From Peribolospora baueri (Eukaryota), in the NCBI GenBank assembly GCA_029717555.1, contig JAMDHS010000013.1, positions 1 through 64,000 of the forward strand: DNA of 64,000 bases. Direction: 5' to 3'. The first letter of the stretch is position 1. Each line of letters starts with the position of its first letter. The notes beneath the pieces were generated by a model that searched no databases, was not told the DNA's origin, and saw only the letters and a list, made by a program, of their open reading frames with translations. Below, piece after piece: positions 39,301 through 51,828 of this stretch. Made by a program: the position numbers and the translations under genes.

Positions 39301-39546
39301 GGAATGTGATCGCTCCTTCTTCTCTTCTGCCTTCTCGACGAGTTTCTCGTCCACCTTGTCACCGGCGTTGCCTCCTGTCGCGCCAGGAGCGGTGACCGAG
39401 CGAGGGGGGCTGACCGAGGGCGGGCTCGTGCGAAGCGACGCTTTCGCTCGGTCGGCCCACGTGAGCGGCCTGGTAGAAGCGCCTGTAGATGAGGAAGGGT
39501 GGGTGGATGAGGAGGGCGAGGAGGGCTCAGTGGCGGCGGGTGACAT
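36354..39546 (-). CDS. La-motif RNA-binding protein (LARP1/Sro9/Slf1 type); intron 37146-37050
   Basis: Spliced La motif LLVQIEFYFSVENLCKDAFLRKK|MDSEGFVPVSVIASFNRVRELT, upstream PAPPPAVNVW motif and RGG box. The listed ORF start at 39564 is a TTG; the first ATG is at 39546. Confidence 0.85.
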
Positions 39547-40725
39547 GGTTGACGGTCGATGCAAATGGTTCTATGGAGTAGGGGCTAGGCGGACCCAAAG
39601 AGATCGAAGGCCGAACGGAGTGACAAGGTTGGAGTAGAGGTAGAAAGCAGTGGAGTAGAAGGCGTCCAGCACAGCGCAGCTGTATGGGGTGTGCGGCGCA
39701 GGCCCGAGAGAAAAGACGGAGAAGACGAAGAGGAGCAGTAGCAGCTGTGAATACAGCTGTTAGAACTGCCCGGCCGCACCGAGCACGCCCTCAATCAGTC
39801 GAAACCGAACCGAACCGACACTGGCAGCTCTTCTCCTTCCCGCTCGCCCTCGCCGCCCTACCGTCCAACGAACGAACGGCTCGGCTCAGATCCAGCGAGC
39901 GAAGCCTAGCCTCGAACCCGCGTGTTCCGCTCCGCTCCAACTTCACTACGCCTCACTATCCTTCGCTTCGCCGCGCTTCTCTGCTCTTCTCTGCCGTGCC
40001 GTCGGCCGACGGGGTGGCCCAGCTCCCGGCGCTTTGCTTCGGTCCGTCTCTTTATGCGTTCGCGAGTCGAGCGGAAGGGCGGAGGGTGTCGAGAGGAGGC
40101 GGTGAAGTGGGTGAGTGGGTGAGAGAGCGCTTGGGCGAGTGGGTGTGTGGGCACACGAGCGGTGCGGTGTGAATAAGAGGTGAGTGCAAAGGACGGAGAG
40201 CGAGCGGGGGGGTGAAGGTGATGGGGGGACGAGAGAGGGGGAGAGGGACGATGGGGACGACGACGCTGAAGGGACGATGGGGATGACGACGACGACGACG
40301 ACGAGGGGTCTGAGTGCGAAGGTGAGCGCACACGGACCGTTAACGAGAGCTCGGACACATGCATATATCATACATCACGCTAACCCTACTTTCCATCCGT
40401 CGGCCCGTCGAGGCCATCTCACCGCGTAAATGCGCGCCGATGCGTTTTCGAAGACACGCGAGATGAGATGAGATTAATGAAGCAGTACGAAAGCAGCTCG
40501 CTCGCTGACTACGATGTCTTATCGTCCCATAGCCGTTCGCCACTTCGACAAAGCACCAGATCGTGCGAGTCATCGGCTTCAATCCTTGTCCAGCGTCCAT
40601 GTACATGAACATTCGAGGAGCGGGCGAAACGCGGGCGACCGTCCATGCACGCCGCGATCCAGACAGACGAACCGCGAGCGACCGAAGAGAAAGAACAGGT
40701 ACTAGACGCGAGGGCCATGCGTCCT

Positions 40726-42436
40726 TCAAGCCTTGAGGAACTTGGCGTGGAACTTGATATGAGCCTCGGCGAAGGTGGAGATGAAGTAGTACCTGCGAGC
40801 CGAGCGCAGAGTCCGGCAGGAAGGCCGAAAGACATGGGAAAAAGAGGAAAGAAACAGAGGCATACTTTAGCAATCGTATTTAGGACGATGACAACGATGA
40901 CACCGACCACCCTCCCACCAAGCCACGCCAACGTACTCACGAATGATCGTACCCATCGCGCAAGCGCACCTGCACATCCGCCTCCCCGTGGCCCGCCTCG
41001 CGCGCCGCCTTTTCGAACTGCTCTGGTAGGAGCTGACCTTGCTTGTAGAAGTTGTCGCCCGTGCCCTGCGTGTTGTTCGACGTGACGAAGGAGGTGAGAA
41101 ACGGCCAGATCAGCTTCTCGTCCCTCCTCGCGGCCACCATCCGATCCAGTGGAACGGACAGGTCGAGGAAAAAACCGACACCCACGCAATCGATCATGAT
41201 ATCCACTTTGCGCCCCTTGGTCTGCTTGATGAGCTCAGTCGCGTCGTACTGCTTTCCCTCCTCGACCCCGCCTTGGAGGTAGCCATTGAACGCCTTCTTG
41301 CCCCACGGGCATTCCGTCGGGTTGGCGATCGGAGAGCTGTGCGCAGACGGGCGATGGAAGGACGAGGTTGGGACGAGTCAGAGCGAGATGGGCACGGACG
41401 AACGGGCCGCGCAGGCGGCGAGGGTGGGCGCTACGTGGCGAGAGGAGCGGACAAGAGAAACCGTGGTCCACGCTCACTATGCGGATGCAGACCGGTACTT
41501 TCCGGCCTCCTTGAGGTAGATCGCGAGCGCGCCATGGCCGCCCTGTGTGGAACGCGATGGACCGACCGTCCGCAGTCTTAAGTCAACTTTCGACCCTACG
41601 ACCCCTCTTAATCGAGGGAGCCGCGGACGAGCTCACCATCGAGTGACCGAAGATGGACGCCTTGGAGGTGTCGACGGGAAAGTTTTCGCCAACGACCAAA
41701 GGCAGCTCCTTGGTGACAAAGTCGTACATGTTGTAATGCTTCTTCCAAGGCTCCTTCGTCGCGTTCACGTAGAAGCCCGCGCCTGTCGGGAAGGGAAGAC
41801 ACAAGGAAATTGATTGTCGACGATACGTTCAGGCGCTCATCCTCCTGCCAACCTGCACGGCGTCACTCGACCACCACAATCAGACCCAGCAAGACTACGA
41901 CAGGGAAGACGCTCACCGGTGCCAAAGTCCCAGTCTGCATCCTCGCCCTGAATGCCGGCACCACGCGGGGACGTGTCCGGGAAGACGAGAGCAATGCCCT
42001 CGGCGGCCGCGTCACGGAAGAAGCCTCCCTTCTGAGCGCTTCACGGTGTCACAACACAGGGGTAGGGGTGCTTGGTGAAACGGTACGGGCGGGGACAGCA
42101 AGCCGGCGGACACAGCGAGGGACGTCATTTCAGCTCGCCTCGTCTCCCACTCTACTCACGCATTGTCCTCGGTGCAAGTAAGACCAGAGAGGTAGTAGAG
42201 CACGGGCACCTTCTTGCCCCCTTGCGCCTGAGGAGGGATAAAAATGTTGAACTGCGTGTCCAAGCCGCCGAGGGAAGCGGACTGGAACTTGTGCTTCTCC
42301 AGGTAGCCCTCGAAGCTGCGTTGCGGGCGATAGCGAGCGAGACGCGGCAGGGTGAGTGTGTTTGGTCTAGAGGTGAGTAGGCGGAGTACGAGGGCCGTGC
42401 TCACGTCTTGTTGGAAGAGAGCTTTTCCAAAGGCAT
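40726..42436 (-). CDS. ESD: S-formylglutathione hydrolase (esterase D), multi-exon
   Basis: [52 protein letters not shown], nucleophile motif GHSM|GGHG, GYDHS|YYFISTF. Confidence 0.95.
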
Positions 42437-43256
42437 CTTCGATCGACGTGGCAGAGCAAGAGTCTGTCGACAACGGCGAGTCTTGAAGAACGAATTAGGA
42501 GTCTGCGTTCGGCGGGCGGTGGAAAGAAGTACGGCAGCGCGGGGGGACTGTGAGCAGGGACGGGAGGGTAGAAGCGCTGCTGGCGAGCGAGTCAATCGAC
42601 ACGCACCTCACCTTGAAGCACGGGGATGGCGTGTTCGCTGGTCGGGATGGTGGTGGACAAAAAGAGAACGAGGTGATCGTCGGTTCGCTGGAATGGCACG
42701 TCACCGTGTGTGGTGTGGAGGCGGGGTTGATCTTCGCGACGTCGCTTAGTCACCGATCGCGGCGTTCACCGAGCCGTGGCCGGCCTTCAAGCCATGCCGC
42801 TCATCGTTGACGTCAACCAACGTCTGCGTTCGTCCAGCGTCGACCCACTCTCACAGGCGAGAGCGGGTAGTCGACATAGAACGGAATCGTGGAGACTATG
42901 CGCAATCGTCGTCTTTGGTAGTGTCAAGAACAGCGGGCGTCAAGAACAGCGGGCTGAAGCATACGGTCGTCTTGCCCGCATGCCCGCAGCTTGCCTGGCC
43001 GTGGGACCTAGCCACAGTGCAGGGACTAGCCACCTCGCCCTGTACATACGAGGTCGTGTCGCCTCTCCTTTGCGAGATAGATCGCGTCTCTTCGAATGCT
43101 CTTTCATTGCGTCTACCACATGATCCCAACCTGTTCGACCTCCTTTCTATGAGTTGTCGGTCTGTCAGCTTCCCTTCCGCCTTGACCTGAAGACCCCACC
43201 ACTCCTTGCTTCTTGTCTTGCCCCTGCTCTCAGCGCACCCATCCAGTTTGTTTGCA

Positions 43257-43421
43257 ATGGCTCGTACCAAACAGACCGCTCGCAAGAGCACGGGTAGCGG
43301 ACCTCCTCACCATCCACAACAACCTCGTACCAAACTCACGGCTCGCAAGAGCACGGGTGGCGGACCTCCTCGCCAGCCACAACCACCCATTTTCCTCATA
43401 GGTGGCTCATTGCAAAGGTAG
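43257..43421 (+). other. Small ORF (54 aa) with two tandem histone H3 N-terminal-tail copies; an H3-tail mimic or a remnant of a divergent H3 gene
   Basis: gcaATG start, then MARTKQTARKSTGSGPPHHPQQPRTKLTARKSTGGGPPRQPQPPIFLIGGSLQR*. The 63-bp unit is duplicated at 43261 and 43324. Confidence 0.7.
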
Positions 43422-44345
43422 CCCATGGCAAAGGTAGCCCATTGCAAAGACTGCTTCCGCGAGCAGTCCCTCCGCCGGCGGTGGTCAGTCAACAAAGTCT
43501 CCCCGTCCGCCTCCCTCACATCCACGCGCCAGGAGTGCCGTCAAGCCTAGGAACGAAGGGGCATAATATGGAAAAGCAGTGTCTCCTCCATCGGCCCGTT
43601 GCTTTCGCCTCGCCTATGCATATGGAGATGGCGCAAGCGCTTCGTCCTTTGCCGGGGAGATGGAAGATGGAATTGCCGATCTTGCTCCTCCTCCTTTGGC
43701 CGTTGTGCGCAACTTCGTCGCCACGGCTGAACGCGCAAAGGGGAGCTAAACGTATATAGAAGTGTTCTTTCAAGTGCGCTCAGCACGCAGCCTGGTAGAG
43801 CACCTCGGCCAGGCTGGTTCCTGTCATGACCCCTAAATCCGGCGCAGAGACATTGTAATCGAGCGTGTCGCCTTGGGAATGGCCAAGTCCTGCACCATGA
43901 GGGTAGAACAATGGGGCGAAAGCCGGAAAGCCTGCTCGGTATTTCTAGCACGATTGAGCTGATGTGTGGCGTCTGGATATTTCCGAAAACGAATGAAGTA
44001 TCGACTGGTTGTAGCAGTCGAGAGATCAGGGGAAGAAACCCGCAAGATTCGACAGCCCCGACCACAAGCTTTTCACAGGTGCTTCATGCTGCCCTTTCTC
44101 TTCACAGGGATCGACCCAATTCGCCCTGGCGTTGAGCGCGAGCGTCATCGGCCGCAGTCGATCAAGTCGCGCAGGTGGGGAGGGCTACGAACAGATAATA
44201 AACTGCCGTCTTCAACCATCTGCTTGCCTGCAAGGCCGGTCCAGCTGTGCACGATGCTTCCCTGGGCTATAATCGAGCTGGGTGAGTCTGCAGCTGCTCC
44301 CGGCTGAATGGCAGCTGAGGTCTGAATTTGACGAAGGAGGTTTCG

Positions 44346-45998
44346 ATGGGACACGAGGACGAGGACACGAGACCGCCGCCCGGGATTCATGGCTCTGAAG
44401 GGCTGAGCCAGGCTGACATTGGCTCGAGCCTCGCTTTGCCTTTGTCCCTCTCCCTACCAGTACTCATTATTCTTGGGCCATGGTGTTTTTCTGAATTTCG
44501 CAAGTACTACATAGCCCGCCAACGTCTCAGGACGGAGGGCAGAGCGCCACAAGCCGAGGATGGGGGAGCGAACAGCACCACCACCGCCATGCCGAGCCCA
44601 AGCAGCAGCACACGAGAACTCCTCCTCTTCTCCCTCTTATGCGCCTCCACGCTCTACCATATTTCCCGCATTGTTGTCTCTCCTCCGCCCAATGTGTTCC
44701 TAGCCCTCGGCCTAGACATCACCACTCCCACGGGCGAGATCGAGCACGCGCTCAGGAGAAGGATGCCCGAAGGGAGGCTCAACGAGGCTCAGGAGATCTT
44801 GGTGGGAAGGCTGAAAAGCTGGGACGCCAGGGTGAGTTTCCAAAGGCGACGTTTTGTTGGCCACCGTATCTCTTACCCGGCCCGGTTCTTTCCTCTCTTT
44901 TCCGCCTCTCCGTCAGAAAAACTATTTGGTCCTGGGCCAATCGCCTCTACTGGAATGCTTCTACTGCTCCACCTCGACCGACTTCCTTTATTACCGCATA
45001 CCTCGCCTTCTCCTCAGCTACGTCTTTGAACTCCTTCTTCTGGGTTTGCTCACTTCTTCGGCGCCACTCGTCTCGACTCCGCTCTCTGTCCGTGGAATTG
45101 CGGGTTCGCCAGCGCAGCACCAGGCGGGAATGGCTCCGCAGAGGAGGTGGTGGAGGAAGCTGGGTCTCGTGTTGCTAGCAGGGATGGCAGTCGGAGAGAC
45201 GTGGCTGCTTGCAACAGGGGCCTCTTATGTCATTCCCAAGCCGACACGTTTGAATATGGTCAGTCTCGCATTTTTGCCGTTTCGGCAGAGGAAAAAGAGC
45301 CACGCATTCGCTCGTCCTGACCTGCTGATCACCACTTGGTGACATCTCTCGTTCCCTCCGCCGCGGCGAAACAGTGGGACACCAACATCAACCTTTTGCG
45401 CCGCCTCCTCTTTTTCTCCCTCAACATCGTAATATACTTCTTCCCCTCTCGCCTGTCTCCCTCCCCTCACCACTCGACCACAACCGCCTCCCTCTCCCGC
45501 CTGAGCAACACGAACGGCCATCTCGAGTCCCTCTTCGGCAAACTGCGCGCGGTCGAGCTCTCCAGGCTCGCAGTATGGTCCGAGCCTAAGTTGAGGTATG
45601 CCTCTGCCGCGTATCATGACACAAGGCTGCCTGAACGGTCTGGCTCGTCAGCATATCCTCGCGCTCCTCCCGCTCCGGCCGCTGCAGATGCTGTCGTCAG
45701 GGAGAACGCCAGCGACGACGAGCCGCCCATGACTGAGGACGGTCCTGCACCTGATCCCTCATCTCCTCTACCCGAGGTTGACGAGGAGGAGTTAGAACAA
45801 CTTGCCGCGCTGGCCGGTGTGGACCTCAGCGCTCTCCGTGACGAGGCGAAGCGGTTCGCGGACAAGTCTTGGAGGCAGGCGGATGAGGTCGTCCGGCTGC
45901 AGCAGACGCAGGAGACGAGGACGGCAGCTGGCGCTACAGAAGCCGGCGTGCAAGCTCGTCACGGTGGTGGTGCGGCAGCGTTTGCCAGCGGCGAGTAA
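44346..45998 (+). CDS. Uncharacterised fungal multi-pass membrane protein; introns 44832-44916 and 45259-45374
   Basis: Three exons splice in frame at canonical sites. Several hydrophobic segments and a YLVLGQSPLLECFYC CxxC motif. Confidence 0.7.
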
Positions 45999-46368
45999 AG
46001 ACGTGCAGGGCTTGCGAGGACGGCCGGATGAGTCGACGCTACATGGGGCTCGAGCATAGTCTGCGCTCGGCTCACCTCCTTCCCTGCCCTTTTGTTCACA
46101 AATCATGTATCGCATAGGATACCTGCCAAGCCTTATTAGTCCTCGCTCCTTTTTACTTCTCGCTCGTCCCTCGTCCCTGCGCCCCCCGCTTTGAACCACC
46201 AACCAGGTGTGTCTGCTCTCTGGGCCTACGTAAGCAATTGACCCTGCTTGCGGCGCGTGGGAATTCGGGCCGGTGAGCATCTCCAACTCGATCCACCCAA
46301 TAACTAACTTGCTGGACTTTCATACCTTGCGACCTGCTGTCGCCACCTTGCCTTCCTCGCCCCTCAAA

Positions 46369-49300
46369 ATGTCGATGTCACCGTCGAGCAGGTCTCCGTC
46401 GCCTCGCTCGGCAGCGGCGGATGCGCCGTCAAAGCGCAAGAGGTGAGTTGTCGGCCGGCGCTCAGCACTGCCGCGAAACTTGACGACGGGAATGGTTCGA
46501 TCAGAGGATGATTTTGGATGGGGCGGTTTCTGACTGACGGACGGGCGCTCGCTCGCTGGTTTTCTTCTCCTCCGCCTGACTTTGCACGACAGGTCTCATT
46601 CTAGGAGTAGCACCTCGCGCTCGCCCTCGCCTCCTTCTCGCCGCCGCCGCTCCGTTTCCCCTCCGCCCCGCGACCACAGGGCGCGTCGCGAAGATGGTTC
46701 TCGACGGGGGCGCCGTGACCGTGACGACGACCGTGACGGCGACCGCCACCGCGATCGCGAGCATCAGGTGGTGTTGCGAGACCGAAACGGAAACGTGGAT
46801 GCGGGCGCGGATGCGAATGAGGTGGCCGTCAAGCCCAAGGCGGATCTCAAGGCGGAGATGGAGAAGATGGCGAACACGAGGACGGGCGGAGCGTACATCC
46901 CTCCCGCCCGGTTGCGCGCCATGATGGCCGAAGCGGCGGCGGCAGATCCGGCTAGCAAGGAGTACCAGCGTCTGACGTGGAACGCGCTCGGCAAGTCGAT
47001 CCAAGGTCTGATCAACAAGGTCAACACCAGCAACATCAAGCAGGTCGTCCCCGAGGTGAGCGACGCGAAAAAGTCCTTTATCGAGATGTGTCCATTGGCT
47101 TGATTGGTGGCACTGATGGATGGTCGTTTCGTTTTTTTCTTCCCGAAGCTCTTCGCCGAAAACTTGATCAGAGGCCGCGGTGTCTTCAGCCGCTCAATCA
47201 TGCGAGCCCAGGCCCTTTCCTTTCCATTCACCCCTGTCTTCGCCTCCACGGTGGCGGTCGTCAACTCCAAATTACCCCAAGTTGTCGAGCTGCTCGTCGT
47301 GCGTCTCATCAGCCAATTCCGTCGTGCGTTCAAGCGCAACGACAAGTCGACCTGCACGGCCACGACCATGTTCATCGCCCACCTCGTCAACCAGCGCGTC
47401 GTGCGCGAGCTCCTGGCGCTCCAGATCCTCGTACTGCTGTTGGAGAAGCCGACGGATGACTCTGTCGAGATTGCTGTGGCGTTCATGCGGGAGGTAGGTG
47501 CCTTCCTCGCAGACGAGGCGCCCAAGGCGAACAACACCATCTTCGAGCGATTCCGCGCCGTCCTGCATGAGGGCGAGATCGCCAAGCGCGTACAGTACAT
47601 GGTCGAAGTACTCTTCCAGGTTCGCAAGGATAAGTACAAGGACAACCCGGTCATTCCGGAGGAGCTCGATCTCGTCGAAGAGGACGATCAGATCACTCAC
47701 GAGATCCTTCTCGATGATGAGCTGAACGTGGAAGAAGGACTGAGTGCGTACTATCCTTTCTCCCTCACTGCTACGTCGATTAGCTGACGCTCGTCTCTTC
47801 GCTTCTCGCTCGCTCCAGACATTTTCAAGTACGATCCCGACTATCTCGAGCACGAGCAACAGTACAAGGAGATCAAGGAAGAAATTCTTGGCGAAGGCTC
47901 GGAAGAAGAGAGCGGGTCAGGTTCAGAGGAGAGTGGGGATGAATCGGAGGATGAGGAGGAAGGTGCGTGTGGAGCATCTTGTTCGTCGTTCTGCATCACG
48001 TCACATCTGACCGATTTGTGTCCGTCCTCTTGTCCAGCAGCGAGCGACGCGGTTGACATCGATGACCGGACGGAGACGTCTCTCATCAACTTGAGGCGGA
48101 CGATCTACCTCACTATCATGTCGTCACTTGACTTTGAAGAGGGCGTGCACAAGCTGATGAAATTGGATATTAAGGAGGGGCAGGAGGTAAGTCGCAACAG
48201 GTCGAGGTCTCTTCGGTTTCAAGGAGTTTCACTGACCCGGGGGAACGTTCTGCCGGCGACGAACAGATCGAACTCTGCAACATGATCATCGAATGCTGCT
48301 CACAAGAGCGGTCATACTCTAAATTCTACGGCCTGATGGGCGAGCGGTTTTCCAAGCTGAACAGGGTGTGGACGGAGAACTTTGAGCAGTGCTTCCGAAC
48401 ATACTACGATACCGTCCACCGGTACGAGACGAACCGACTGCGCAACATCGCTCGATTCTTCGGACACCTGATCGGTAGCGACTCGATTCCTTGGACCTGC
48501 TTCGAGGTGGTCAAGATGAATGAGGAGGACACCACCTCGTCGAGCCGTATCTTCATCAAGATCTTGTTCCAGGAGATGGTAGAGTTGCTCGGGAACAAGC
48601 AGCTCGCGGAGCGGTTCAACGAGCCGACGATGCAGGTACGTATCGAGATTTTTCGCCAACGTTCGCCGCTCCAGGGTATGGACTCACATCGTATACGTCT
48701 CGCCCGTCTCCCTCAGACCTTCTACGCCAACATGTTCCCAACGGACAACCCTCGTTCGTGCAGGTTCTCCATCAACTACTTTACCTCGATCGGCTTGGGC
48801 GTGCTCACCGAGAGCATGCGGGAGCACCTCAAGAATGCGCCCAAGCTCATCATGGCCAATCGGCGGGCTGCGCTCGAAGACGAGTCGAGCTCTTCGTCTG
48901 ACTCGGACAGCGACAGCTTGTCGGATTCGGACTCGGACTCGGACAGCCTCAGCAGCAGTAGCGATTACTCGTCCTCGTACTCTGGATCCTACTCCAGCCG
49001 TTCTCGCTCTCGCACCCCTCCACGCCGTTCCCGTTATACCTCTAACCGCTCCCCATCTCGGTCGGTCTCCGCGTCGAGGCGCTCCTACTCTCGGTCGCCT
49101 CCCCCTTTCCGCTCCCGCCGCCGTTCGCCCACTCCTGATCATTCTCGTCGCCGTTCGCCCACGCCTGACCGTTCTCGTCGCCGCTCACCGTCTCCTTACC
49201 GTTCTCGCCGTTCGCCGTCTCCCTACCGCTCCCGCCGCCGTTCGCCCTCCTCTTACCGTTCTCCTTCCCCTCGTCGACGTCGACGTTCTTTTTCGCGCGA

Positions 49301-49379
49301 GCCTGATCGCCGTCGTGGTTCGGAGGAGGAGGACTATTATCGCAAGAGGACTGGCGGGAGCGGTGGTCGCGTTCGTTGA
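46369..49379 (+). CDS. CWC22: Pre-mRNA splicing factor Cwc22 (MIF4G + MA3 domains, RS-rich termini), multi-exon
   Basis: [92 protein letters not shown]. Confidence 0.96.
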
Positions 49380-49757
49380 GGCACTTGTATTTTCCACGAT
49401 CGGGGTGGGAGATGTATGTCCCGGTTTGCGTATTTTCTCGCGTCCCGGATCAGCTATTCGGCCGCTATGCAGACGAAAAAAAATGGCGCCTGGGCGCATC
49501 CCTCCTCCAATGTCAGAGCCTTTCATGTCCCTCTATTTCTGTGAATGGTTTTGTCTGGCTGGCGACTCGGGGAGAAGGGGAGATCATCCTTTCCATCAGG
49601 AAACGGGGTCTCTCCGCTGATTTTTCGTGGCTCAGTGTTCCTAATGTCTGCCTGCACTGCCCTTCTCTTCTCCTCAAGAGAAAAGTCAATCGGAAGCAGG
49701 CCGTCACGCAGGTTTGTTTGGTTGCTGTGTGATATGATTGCGACCGTCATCCATCCA

Positions 49758-51274
49758 TCAATCGTACCAATGGAGAAAGAGCAGCGCCAAGCTGGCGCCA
49801 ACGAGGAACACGAGCACCCAAAGCCTGGCCTCCTTGTTCCTCTCCCTCGCCTTCTTCAGCTGCAGGTTGCCCTCGTCCACCCTGCCCGTCGTCTGCATCG
49901 CCTCGTCATACAGCCGCTCGGCCGTTTCCTGCTGCGTGGAGAGGTGGTGCACGAGCTCGGACTGCATCGAGCTGATCTCGAGCAACGCCGACTCGGCTTT
50001 TTGGACAGACGCGAGCGTCGACTCCATCTCTTTGGCAAGAGCCGAATTTTCTGACTCGAACTGCTGCATCTGCGCCGGCGTGAGCGTCGAAGCCAGGTCG
50101 TCCGAGTCAGAGTCGTCTTCCGCATCTGGCGGGAGTGGTGCTGGCGGCACGGGGAGGCCGCCCTGGTCTCGTGTCGTCGCTGACGCCGCCGTTCCCCCTC
50201 CCGACGCTATGGTACTCGGCCCAGCGGTGAGGCCGGCGCCCAACCCTCCCAGCGTAGCCTTTTTCTCCCTCTGTCTGCGGATGCGCTCCTCCTGCAGCGT
50301 CTTTTGTGCCTCGCTCACATCTGCTAGACGGCGGTTGAGGTACCAGGTGATGCCACTGCGATGGGCAGAGAGGAGGTCTGATGACGAGGTCGAAGCGTCG
50401 TTGGCGAGGGAAGAGAGGAGGGTGGTGAAAAGAGAGAACGCAGCTGGCGGACGGGTGCGCGAGCGGCGTACTACAGGTGGAAGACGATGAGGGGGAGACC
50501 GACATCAGCCTTGATACGACGTTTTACAAGCTGGGCATCACAGGTCCGCAGAGCGGACGGCTCACTCACCTTCCTCAGCCTTCTCCAAATCCTTGACCCG
50601 ATCGACGCACCTCCTCACCACTACCCTGGCCTGGAAATCCACCTCGTCCCTCTCCGCGTCGCTCAACCTGTTCACCTTGGCCCACCGTGAGAATGGATTT
50701 TTCGCATCGTCTTCCAATCCCGATATGTCTATGCCTCCTCCGTGATCGGAAAGGGAGGAGCGGGGGGGTTGGTGGGCGGAGATAGCGGCCCGGTCGGAGT
50801 CGAGGTTGAGGTATGCTTTGCGGACAGAGGAGAGGAAGGTCGCGAGGTCGTCTATGTGTTTTTTCTAGAGGAGAGAGAGCCATAGAAGCGAATGAAACGA
50901 GACATTTGGGGGGAGGGGGGCGGTGTTAGAAGCGATTCAATGGTCAGTCCTTCAAGGCGCGCCGTCTCGCCGGGTTGCATAGAAATGGACGGTGGACGGG
51001 GGCGCTGATTACTTACCACCTTGGTCGCCTCTGCCATCCAAAGCTCCTCCTCGCTCTTGTCCGAATCGGCCAGGCGCCCCTTCTCATCCAATGCGATCTC
51101 GCCTTGGTCACTGTTCGCTTTGCCTTTCTCCTTCGCTTTCCTCGCCTCCCTCTCCCTCTCCACCTTACTCCTCCTCCGCTGCGCCGCCGCCCCGCCGGGG
51201 TCCCTTTCTCGTACGAGGTCGCGGAAAGTGTTCGTCGAGTCTGAGAACGGTTGGCGAGCGCGCATGGAGGTCAT
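49758..51274 (-). CDS. UFE1: ER Qa-SNARE Ufe1 / syntaxin-18
   Basis: N-terminal DSTNTFRDLV, QMQQFESENSAL, SNARE heptad ending GNLQLKKARERNKEAR and C-terminal transmembrane anchor LWVLVFLVGASLALLFLHWYD. Confidence 0.85.
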
Positions 51275-51367
51275 TTTGCGTACCGAGACGGCCGACGTTA
51301 CCAAACCGGGCGATGTTGGGACCTTCGGCCGACTCGCTGTAGGCGAACGGTGGTCTAGTGGATGCGT

Positions 51368-51689
51368 CACGTGTATTTCAATCGACGCACGTGATTACAC
51401 GTGGTAAGCGGCCGCAGCCATCCATTTTGTGCCTCGCTCTCTCGACATTAACACGTGTTAAGGACGACGATGGCGATATGGACGGCGAGTGGAAAAGAAG
51501 GGGAGGTTGGATGTCGAAGGAAGATGTGAGGCGAGTGGTAAAAGGCAAAGTGGTAGCGTCTCTGTCTTTCCAGATGCGCGCGCTCGTTGGAGCAAAAGAA
51601 AGACAAGATGGCATTGGAAAAGGAGGAGCGTTGATTGGCTCGCACGTTTCGGCCGTGATCGGCCCGAGTGCGGCCGTCCCTCGCACGTG
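51368..51689. promoter_or_regulatory. Cluster of five CACGTG (E/G-box) sites plus a CCAAT box in the divergent UFE1-ISA1 promoter
   Basis: CACGTG at 51368, 51388, 51398, 51452 and 51684; GATTGGCT at 51633. Confidence 0.45.
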
Positions 51690-51828
51690 ACCGCAGAGCG
51701 CCTTGATCGACGACGACCGTCTTGGACGACGACCTCCACCATCCTCGTCGACGACCACCATCGCCCTCCGCGCCAACGCTCCTCTCTTCTCTCATCGACT
51801 CCTCTATCCGCTTGCTTCATTCCTTGGC

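Noticed and set aside
40700..40728. Cryptic peroxisomal targeting by stop readthrough in ESD (also checked in SHMT, KIN17 and LSG1)
   Set aside because: None of these stops has the TGA-CTA readthrough context, and the ESD extension does not end in an SKL-like tripeptide.
43257..43759. Calling the locus canonical histone H3 or CENP-A
   Set aside because: The sequence departs from H3 after residue 12, stops at codon 55, and the downstream fold similarity is too weak for a functional histone call.
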